A DNA stretch of 64,000 nt from Felis catus. Taxonomy: Eukaryota. The DNA is taken from positions 21,950,001 to 22,014,000 of the forward strand of contig NC_058369.1 of assembly GCF_018350175.1 (NCBI RefSeq). Direction: 5' to 3'. Position 1 is the stretch's first letter. Each line of letters opens with the position of its first letter. Below are positions 25,330 to 40,390 of the stretch, piece by piece. The notes beneath the pieces were generated by a model that saw nothing but the letters and a program-made list of their open reading frames with translations, searched no databases and was not told the DNA's origin. A program made the position numbers and the translations under genes.

Positions 25330-26779
25330 CAATTCCAAATTTTAGCAACTGTTTATGACTGTGATCATGAAACTAAGCAGAGGTTACTGCGTTTTTATAT
25401 TGCCTTTTTGTCAAACAAAAAGAAATTATTCCTAAATTGCCTGAGTACTCTCCACTTTGTTCATTGTAGGGGACTTAAGGGGGTGCAAATCACTCAAGAT
25501 TTGTGCTGCTTGTTTCTAAAGGTTTTACGGGTAAAATTGATAACCCGAAGATTCTTAATATTTTTATTATTTGATACTCAAGATTCACCAAAAACATTGA
25601 TTTGAAAGTTGAAGAGACTTGTCAGTACCAAGGATTCATGACTTAGATTTTTTTCTTAAAGTAAGAAACGTAAATAGGTCAACTGTATACATCTTGCCAG
25701 GTCTGACAGTTGCTGGTGCCATTTAAATTTCAGTTTTTGTTTTGTGAATGGAATACTTAACTGCTCTGAAGAAACAGAAAGGAAACTATAATGTTCGAAC
25801 TATAAAATTTCTGACGTTTATTGACTCTGAATCTCCCTACTTCCTGTCCTCATAAATTTGCTCTTGTGGTTGATTAGATGCAGACTTGTGTTATTTTTCC
25901 ATCACAGTGTGTGAACAGACCAGTTTTATTTCCAGTGGTTAGCTAATGCTTTTAACCGGGAGGTGGCTGTGCAGTGCTGTTGACTAAACCCAATGTTGTA
26001 TGTGTGTGTGTGTGTGTGTGCGTGCGCGTTCACTTCCACATTCAGCACAGGCCATGGGGCTGCACTTCAGTGTGTGTATGTAAATACGTATTTTACTATT
26101 ATCTCCATCCTTCTACTTTATCTGGTTTGGGGTTATGAATAGGGACTGTTAAATCTTACATACTAAAGCATGTATGAGTAATTAAAATTTAGCAAAAATA
26201 CATAGATTATTAAAAAAAACCCAATTGTGTTCTGTTATTTTGGGACTATATTGAATGACAGGATGCTGTTAAGGAAAAGGACAGCCACTATGGTGGATTG
26301 ATATTAATGGGGTAAGTCAAGGCATAAAGGTAAGAACTAAGACCAAGTAGAGGAACGGCGGACTCCTGATAGTATACTTAAATGGTGTCCTCCCTCCCTC
26401 CCTTCCTTTCTCTCTCTGTAACTGCATGTACTTGAATTCATATAAGGCATATGATTCAACTTGATGGTATGTGTCAGAGGCTCTACAACAATGTTTTAAA
26501 TCTTTGCAATAAATCAATAAGACAGGTGATATTACCCCAGGAGGGTAAATGGCTTCCCCAAATAACATAGCTAGTGGTCAGCAAGGCCAGGATTTGAGCC
26601 CCTTATCAATCTGACTCCAAAATCTAGGCTGTCCAATACATCATATTAGAATGGCAAGAACCTTTAGAGATCATGTTTTATAACCCAATTTACTTCACAG
26701 ATGGGAAACTTAAGGCTTGCCCCCTTCACTGCTTCCTTCAGTCAGTGTGGATAATGGGGTGTTGACTGTGTACATTAGA

Positions 26780-27110
26780 CTCCTCCAGGATTTCCCAACT
26801 GGGGAAATGGAGAGGATTTAGTGCATCAGAGAATCGTAGATAAGATTTAAGAATTGGGTCAAGGGGGATGGGAATGAACCAGTTAGAGGAACAGGAATTA
26901 CTTAGTTTGATATGAAATGTAAATCCTGCTCTTCAAGTGAAGAGTTAGTTGATGAAGGATAAAGACCAGCTGGCCTCTACTTTCCATCTGGCGAAAGCAA
27001 GAAGTAAGGCCTTTAAATCGTGCGGGGTGGGGGCTAAGTCTGTTGTAATCAAGAAGTCCTGATAGTGGGCGGAGGAGTGGTGTTGGAAGGAGGGTGGCTA
27101 GGTAGGCTAG
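26780..27110 (+). mobile_element. Possible ancient CR1/L3 fragment
   Basis: Degenerate resemblance to the L3 3' region (AAGACCAGCTG..GCAAGAAGTAAGGCCTTTAAAT..CAAGAAGTCCTGATAGTGGG). Confidence 0.4.
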
Positions 27111-27208
27111 ACTGATGAGTTGCTTTTGGTACGGTTTTTCTGTTTTCCTTGCCCAGGCTTAGAATAACTTTGCCTCTCTCGATAACTACACTTAAGAAGG
27201 AATATCAG

Positions 27209-27392
27209 AGGGGCGCCTGGGTGGCTCAATCAGTTAAACGTCCAACTGTCAATTTTGGCTCAAGTTATGATCTCGGTTCCTGAGATGGAGCCCCGCGTTG
27301 TCAGTGCAGAGCCTGCCTGAGAGTCTCTCTCTGTCTCTCTCTGTCTCTGTCTCTCTCTTTCAAAATAAACTTAAAGAAAAAGAAAAAAAAAA
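27209..27392 (+). mobile_element. Can-SINE
   Basis: GGGGCGCCTGGGTGGCTCAATC head and A-rich tail. Flanked by AA[T/C]ATCAGAG. Confidence 0.88.
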
Positions 27393-27504
27393 GTAACATC
27401 AGAGCTTCCTGCACCAAGGAATCTTTCCACCTTCTGATCGATCTTTAGAGCTATTTTCATGAAGCACAACTGATATTCCTTCTCTGCTCCCAAATGGTCC
27501 CACA

Positions 27505-29018
27505 GTAGCTGTTTGTAAGGAGTGGTCTATGGATGCCTAGAGGTAAGGTTGTAGGGTTACCTTACAAATATGGGATACCCCATACAGTTTGAATTTTAAA
27601 TAAACAAAAAATAATTTCTTGGTATCAATATGTCCTGCAAAACATTTGAGGATCTTGTATCTTGTCTAGTAATTCCAGCTGCAGGAGCTTAAGACCCTTG
27701 CAAGGGGTCTTTGAGGTCAGATCTATTTTCATAGTAACGCTAAGACTTATTTGCCTCTTCTGTGTGTTGATATTTGCACCGATGGTACAAATCCAGGAGT
27801 AGTTAAAACTGCTGGTGTTTTAATACGAATTCAAGGCAGTGACATCAATGTATACCAGTGGACATTGCATTATGCACAGTGTCTATATTTGCCTATTTTA
27901 CTTAAGAATCTCCTCAATGAAGCAGGTACAAATTATTAGTCTTATTAAATCTTAACCCTTCTGTAGATGTCTTCTTAATATTCTGGGTGACAAATTAGGA
28001 CAGATGCATAAAACGTACTGCTGCATACAATGGTCGTCTTAGGTTGTGAAGGTTTGAGGTGGGAGCAGAGCGGGTTGCTTTTTCACGGAACACCATTTTT
28101 ACTGACAAATTTTGGTTATTTATACCTAAGTTTTTGGCAGATATTTTCTTGAAAATGAATGAAGTGAGCCAGTCACTGCAAAGAAAAAACTTGACAGTGT
28201 TTGTGCCAATTATAAAATTTGAGCTTTCAAGTGAAAACTAGAACTTTGAAAAACTTCTATCTACCACTGAGAGCTTGACAGCTTCCCAATATTTAAAGAC
28301 TTTCTGATGAGATTGGTGGTGATAACAATGAATGTGGGGTTTTTTATACTGTATAATGAAATGTGTCAACATTTGGAAAGTCTCTGGGGCTCAGTAGAGC
28401 CAATATTTTCCAAATGACCAATGCATGATGTTACCAAATTATGCACGAGTAACAAGATCCATTCAAAGTACAACATAAACTGATAGATTTTAATAGTATG
28501 AGAAGTTTCACTGATCTGGTTTCAAATTCCACATTTCAACTAACCTTTAAAAGTCAAGTTTAATGTCATAGCCAAGAGGAATATCTATAATTATCTGAAA
28601 GGGCTATTAAAACAGTTCTCCCTTTTCCAACCAGAGACCTGTATGAGGCTGGATATTTTTCATATACTTCAACCCAACATCCTATCCCTACAGATTGAAT
28701 GTATGAGAATCTAGGTGTCTTTTCAGCCAGACAGGGAAGAGATTTGCAGGAATGTAAAACAATACTATGCTTCCCACTATTTGGTTTTGGGAAATACAGT
28801 TAACTTTTCTTTTCAAAAATGTTAACATGTTAAAGTGTGAAAAAAATGGTAACGTTATTTAAAAGGGAACCATAAGTGATTTTTAAGTGTTCTCCATTTG
28901 AATTTTGAATATGGTAAATACCAACAGACAAAATTGACACAGCAAAAGCTCTTTAGGGCCTACCGTAATTTTTAAGAGTGTAAAGTGGTCCCGAGACCAA
29001 AGATCTTGAGAACCGCTG
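27505..29018 (+). mobile_element. Charlie1a-like hAT DNA transposon fossil (degenerate transposase) with nested MER53-like insert
   Basis: Transposase-like fragments CVDICTDG..., LLKNLLNEA, LADIFLKMNEVSQSLQRKNLTVF. Ends in terminal repeat TTGAGAACCGCTG at 29006-29018. Confidence 0.85.
27552..27677. mobile_element. MER53-like palindromic MITE (partial)
   Basis: TAGGGTTACC..AAATATGGGA..CCC..TTTGAATTTTAAATAAACAA..AATAATTT..GTATCAATATGTCC resembles the recalled MER53 left arm. Confidence 0.55.
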
Positions 29019-29410
29019 GGCTACAGGACGACACCTGGACTGGTGAGCCAGATATTAGGGACATTCTGCCATCCCACTCTGTCCTGTCTTTGCAACCTCA
29101 CTTATCATCACCATCTCCGAAGTACCCCCAGGAACCAGCCTAACCACCTTACTGATTTGTGCACATGTTCTGGACTCTTCTGCCTGGCCTTTTTGGTTCC
29201 TTTACCGGGAACACATGTCCTGACCTTCATCTGGTGGTTGTTGTGTCCCAGCTCTCATCTTAGCATGAAGGCCTCAGGATGGAGAGACTCATTGAGACCC
29301 AACTTCAGTTTGTTTAAAGGTGTATTGTGCATCTAGTCTTTAGAATCTGTTTGTCTATTTTCCTTAATTAGAATTCCTAGAGTGCCAAGGACCCAATTTT
29401 CCCCTCTGTT

Positions 29411-29411
29411 C

Positions 29412-29459
<48 letters not shown>
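29411..29459. repeat. Compound (AT)n(AG)n microsatellite
   Basis: Direct reading of the sequence. Confidence 0.95.
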
Positions 29460-29464
<5 letters not shown>

Positions 29465-29599
29465 ATATATACAATACTATCTATCTGTTATACTATCTAA
29501 GGGCCAAGTGTCCTGCCATAAACGTATTGGATTTTTGTAAATATTAGCTGACAATTTCTAGTGCTATCTGTGGGCTTTTATGATCCAGGACAGACGAAT

Positions 29600-30250
29600 C
29601 AGTGTATTTAGTGCCTGCTGTGAGCAGAACACTTGGCAGTGGAGGGAGGGGGTTAAGGAGGTGATCCTTGCTTCAGGACCTGCGCCGTGGTCGGAGACAC
29701 AGGATTTATAGCCAAGAAGTAATTAAACAGGACACGAGAATGTATGTAACCAAAGGGATAACCGGGTGCTGTTAGGCCTTCAGGGACAGGGAGGTGGAGG
29801 CAGAGGTGGGTGCATCTGTGTTTGCAGTGGCTGGAGAAATCAAAGAAGGCTTCTGGGAGGAGGCAGGGACTTCCTGGGGACTTGTTAAGTAGGGAAAGTT
29901 TAGCTAGAGGTCAGCAAGGCAGGATTTCAGGTCAGCGAATAAACAGGAGCCAGAGCAGAGAGTCAGAAATGAGCACAGCATGTCCACGGCCTAATGAGAC
30001 TGCTGACCATGGTGAAGGTGAACGGGGTGAGGTGATAAGGTTGAAAGCTGGTCAGAGGATTTTAGCTTGGCCATAGAAGGAAGGAGGAACCAGATTTTTT
30101 TTTTTTTTTTTTTTTTTTGGTTAAGGAAGTGACATGGAGTTTTTTGAGCACAGGATGGATTATTGTGGAGGTGGGGCATCTAGTTAGGGATCCAGGGGTG
30201 TGAGGGGGGGAGGCTCTGGACTGGGGTACCAGCAAAGTTTTTTGAAAGAA
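29600..30250 (-). mobile_element. Degenerate L2 fragment
   Basis: ATTTAGTGCCTGCTGTG..., GGAGTTTTTTGAGCA.. purine-rich antisense L2 pattern. Confidence 0.5.
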
Positions 30251-30439
30251 AGCACATGCAGGGAACCACTTCCAGAATGTCCGCTGGGTGCCTTTAAATG
30301 GGAGTGTTTTATGTATAAGGGCATGGGGATTAAAGCCCCACAATAGTATGTTTGTGACATAATTGGGTCTTAGCACATGTGGGTGATCTGGAGCTGAAAT
30401 TTTTTATTCTAGCCTTTCCTGGGGTCTTACTGTCTCAGA

Positions 30440-30640
30440 GACCAAATAATCGTGTGGTTTTGGGCAAGCGCTTTAACTCCTCAGTGTCTTGGTCCTGTCA
30501 TCTGTAAAATGAGGGTGTCAGTGGGCCCTGTCTCCTAGGCTTGTTATGAGAATTACATAAATTCATATGTGTAAAGTAGCTATACTAGTGTCTGGGATAG
30601 GAGGCCTTTCCAAAAATACTAGCCGCTATTTATTTATTTC
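30440..30640 (+). mobile_element. MIR
   Basis: TGGGCAAG..TTTAACTCCTCAGTGTCT..TCATCTGTAAAATGAGGG..GTTATGAGAATTA..ATGTGTAAAG core. Confidence 0.7.
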
Positions 30641-31171
30641 GTAATTCACATTAGTATGGGAATATAAATATTTAAATTACCTGTGGGCCAAAGCATTCAG
30701 AGCTGTGCTGAATAAAGCCCCCCACCCCCACCCCGCCAAAAAAAAACAAAAACAAAAAAAACAAAAAAAACCAACAAAACTCACTGGAGACATTGGCAAG
30801 ATGGGGCTCAGAAGCTGGGATGGGATAATGTTAAAAATGCAAATTCCATAAACTCCTTAATATCTAAAGTGTAAAACCTGGAGACCCAAGTCACAATATA
30901 ATCACGTCACTTCTCAGCTTAAACACCACTGGCTCCCACTGCAGAGAAGATAAATCTGGTTTTCTTAGCAAGCCAGCAAGCCTTCTTCGACTGGCTTTGC
31001 TTCCTCCCAGCCTCCTTCCTCCCCCAGCCTCCGAGGACTGCGCTTCAATCCACTGCACTCCTGCTTATTTTCAAACACATCCCATCCTGGGCTTCAGGCT
31101 CCCCTGCCTTCACTCTTCCCCCAAAGCTCATTCCTCTTACCCCACTTATGCCCAATAAAATTAGTCACCTG

Positions 31172-31505
31172 TTTTTTAATAGGCTTTATTTTTTTTAGAG
31201 CAGTTCTAGGTTTACAGAAGAATTGCAGAGAAAGTACAGAGTTCCCATATACTGCCTCCCCCAACTGTTTCTCCTATTAGTAACATCTTGGATGAGTGTG
31301 GTACATTTGTTACCATTGAGAGCCAATGTTGACACATTATTATTCACTAAAGTCCATCATTTACATTAGCGTTTTCTCTTTGTGTTGTACATTCTATGGG
31401 TTCTGACAAAGGCATAATGTCCTACATTCATTACAGTAGCATACAGAATAGCTTCAATGCCCTAAAATTGCCCTGTGCTCCATCAGCTCACCCCTCCCCC
31501 TTCCC
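31172..31505 (-). mobile_element. L1MC-like 3' end inserted in an L2 remnant
   Basis: TTTTTAGAGCAGTTCTAGGTTTACAGAA..AAGTACAGAGTTCCCATATAC..GGTACATTTGTTAC. Confidence 0.78.
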
Positions 31506-31754
31506 CCTCATCAGTTTTTGAGAATCAGAATGCCATCTCTTCAGTGAAAAATGAAAACGTCTCAAATTACTCCATTATAATGAATCTCTTTGATGCTTGG
31601 GTAGCATTTTCTTCATACCTGTTATAGCTCCTATGTTCCACGTGGTGTTACAGATGTACACTCACTTTTCTTCCTTCACTAGATTGTATCTCCATGAGGG
31701 AGAGGATGTAGTGTGGATTTGTCCCGACAACACCTAGCCTGGACCTTGTTCTTT

Positions 31755-31962
31755 AAAAAAAAAATTTTTTTTTAAACATTTATTCATTTTTGAGAGACAG
31801 GGACAGACTGCAAGCAGTGGAGGAGCAGAGAGAGACACAGAATCTGAAGCAGCCTCCGAGCTGTCAGCACAGAGCCCGATGTGCGGCTCGAACCCCCGAA
31901 CCATGAGATCATGACCTGAGCCGAAGTTGGAGGCTTAACCAACTGAGCCACCCAGGCGCCCC
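31755..31962 (-). mobile_element. SINEC_Fc
   Basis: Antisense consensus. Flanks AGCCT....CTTGTTCTT. Confidence 0.9.
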
Positions 31963-34198
31963 AGCCTATAGCTTGTTCTTAACAGGTGCCTTGTGAGTGC
32001 TGGCTGCACTGAATCGTGAGGAAAGGTCAGGGTGGGATTTTGCAGAGTTAGGTCTCTAGAGGCAAGGCTTTAGGCCTAGAAGTCTCAAAGTGACAGATTA
32101 ACGTGTGAATTTTATATTTGTGTCAGCACTCGGGGGTCCGTGGCTGGAAAGTTCTTTGAAGGCAACTGTCTTCTGTCCCTTCAGATTTGGGCTCAGAAGC
32201 AGCCTTCCATGAGGTGACCCAGGCCGGCTTTATCTTGCTACTAGGCCACAGGGCTCTTCCCCTGTCTCTATACGTCTCCCAAAAGAAAAACAAAACAAAA
32301 CAAAACAAAACAACAACAGCACAAGAGGAAAAAAGAACAAGGGGCCTGATTATTTTTATCCTTCCAGTCCCCATGCCTGTCTCAGGAAGGCCTCTGGAAA
32401 GCCTTCTGTTTGGTCCCCACTTTCCCTCCCCAGGGGGCCCCAACAATTGAAGATGCCCAGCATGCTTTCTTTGGCCAAGGAGCACCTTCCCATAAACGCT
32501 TCTTATTTCTCAAGTCACGCTGAGATTTTTGCTTTATTTTTGCTTTAAAGACACTGTTCTCAAACGTTCTAAAACGCCGTAGGAACATGCAGATCGGAAC
32601 AAAAGCAAATAAATCGAATCTTGTGAAGTAAAGCAGAAGCCCTTCTTCCAAACAGCCAGCACAACGTTAAATGAGAACTATCAGTCATCCACTAGATACA
32701 GTATTTCCCCCTCTAGACAGGAGCTGCCGTTTGCAGAAACCCCCACCCCACACACTAGACAGTGAAGGTACCAGGAAACGAACTACTTTTCTCAGCTACC
32801 ACACGGGAGTCAGCAGTTTAGCGCACTACCTACTCCTTTAAGCAACACTCGCTGTTCGAAAGACCTTGGCCTTTACTTCCTAGTACCTACCCGCACACAC
32901 TCGTGGGGGGAGGAGGGAGAGAGAGAAAGAGACAGCTCTCCCCACCCCACCCCACCCCCCCCCCCCCCCCAACCCCCGCCAGCATCTTTGAGCCAACAGC
33001 GGCGCCAGATCCAGCGCCGGGCAGAGGTTGGAGGGGGCACGCTCTGGAAACCCGGTTAGATCTCAAGGTGCCGTTACCTGGGGGCAGTGAATGATCTCCA
33101 GACAGCAGGGCTCCACCATCCCCCCGCAACCAGAAAGAGCCAGAGGAAAGGGGGAGGGACGCCTGCCCTGCGGCAGAGCGTGGAGAGAGCCTGGCAGAGC
33201 CCCTCCGCACCGAGCAACGACCGCCCGCTTGCACCTGTGCTCCCAGGGGGCGGGGCCTCCTCCAGGTGTGCGGAGGGGAAGGACGCCGGGAGCTAAGGCG
33301 GGCGCGGCAGCCTGAGCGTCGCACTCCCCAGCGCCCTCCTCCCTGTCACCCCGAAGAAATGCAGGGGAGGTGCGGTTAATCCGCACCCCGCGTCCGCGGG
33401 CCCCGCAGGCCCCGCCCGCCTAGGTCGGGGGAGAGCGGGGAGCACACCGCGGCGCGCAGGGGGTTAAGCGGCAGCCGGCGGCCAGAGCGCGCTTAACCCT
33501 TGGGCGCCCGCGGGTCCTCCGAGCCAGGCGGGGTGGCGGCACCCCGAGTCCCACGCGGCGGCCACCCCGGGCGCGCGGGCAGAGCGGGGACAGCCCCGGG
33601 CCGGGCCCGGCCCCTGGGGCGCGGCACGGCCCGTGGGAGGCTCGGCGGGCGGGGGGGGAGGGAGGGGACGGCGGCGGCGGGCGCGCAGCGTCGCCAGGGC
33701 GAAGCCGGCGTGCGGCGCGGCGCGGCGGGCGCGGAGCGAGCGAGCGAGCGAGCGCCTCCGTCCCCGGATGTGAGCTCCGGGCGCCCGCGGTCCCGAGCCA
33801 GCGGCGGCGCGGGCGGCGGCGGCGGCGGCGGCGGGCACCGGGCACCGCGGCGGGCGGGCGGGCATGGGGGGCGCTCCGAGCGGCCCCGGCGGCCGGGCCG
33901 GCATCTGCGCGGCGTCCCTCCGCTAGAGGAGGGGACCAAGCCAATTCTCCTTTGCAGCAAAAAATTACCTGTATATATTATTAAGATAATATATACATCT
34001 GATCTTATTTTTTAAAAAAAAGTTTATTTTGCTCCATTTTTGAAAAAGAGGGAGCGTGGGTGGCGAGCGGTTTTTACAAATTATTCTTATTTTCTGCTAT
34101 CTGTCCCCGTCCCTCCCCACCCCCTGCTGAAGCCACAATAAGGGCAGGGACCGCGGCTCCAACCTATTGGTAACCCCTTTACCCGTCCCTCCCCCCCG

Positions 34199-34277
34199 CC
34201 CCGACGCCCAGCACCGTGCCCTGCACACAGTAGGCGCTCAATAAATGTTCGTGGATGATGATGATGATGATGATGAA
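34199..34277 (+). mobile_element. L2/MIR-like 3' terminus in the 5' UTR, with its tail forming the (ATG)7 start codons
   Basis: CCCCGACGCCCAGCACCGTGCCCTGCACACAGTAGGCGCTCAATAAATGTTCGTGGATGATG resembles the recalled L2 end CCCCAGCGCCTAGCACAGTGCCTGGCACATAGTAGGCGCTCAATAAATATTTGTTGAATGAATG. Confidence 0.75.
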
Positions 34278-34321
34278 AAACATGCACCATCAACGGCAGC
34301 AGCAAGCGGACCACGCGAACG
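34255..34321 (+). CDS. CACNA1D: CACNA1D (Cav1.3 alpha-1D) coding exon 1
   Basis: Encodes MMMMMMMKNMHHQRQQQADHAN plus one G, matching the poly-Met N-terminus of mammalian Cav1.3. Followed by donor GTGAGC at 34322. 67 coding nt, phase 1. Confidence 0.97.
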
Positions 34322-40284
<5,963 letters not shown>

Positions 40285-40390
40285 ACCATTTGACATATTT
40301 ATATTATTGGCTATTTTTGCCAATTGTGTGGCCTTAGCTATTTACATCCCATTCCCTGAAGATGATTCTAATTCAACAAATCATAACTTG
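40285..40390 (+). CDS. CACNA1D: CACNA1D coding exon 3 (domain I S1 segment and S1-S2 loop)
   Basis: Follows TCAG acceptor. Reads (K)[35 protein letters not shown], the Cav1 IS1 helix. 106 nt, restores frame, followed by donor GTAAGT at 40391. Not in the ORF track because it is short. Confidence 0.97.

Noticed and set aside
25820..25945. Possible alternative coding first exon (short NLPT-like peptide recalled from a rodent Cav1.3 variant)
   Set aside because: No ATG in frame, an in-frame stop follows, and the similarity is only a few residues.
26041..26065. TTCAGCAC resembling an RE1/NRSE left half-site (also near 32123)
   Set aside because: No GGACAG right half-site at canonical spacing.
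33420..34015. Several long Arg/Pro/Ala/Gly-rich ORFs on both strands (146-174 aa)
   Set aside because: Expected from stop-codon depletion in a very GC-rich CpG island. No recognisable protein, and most use non-ATG starts.
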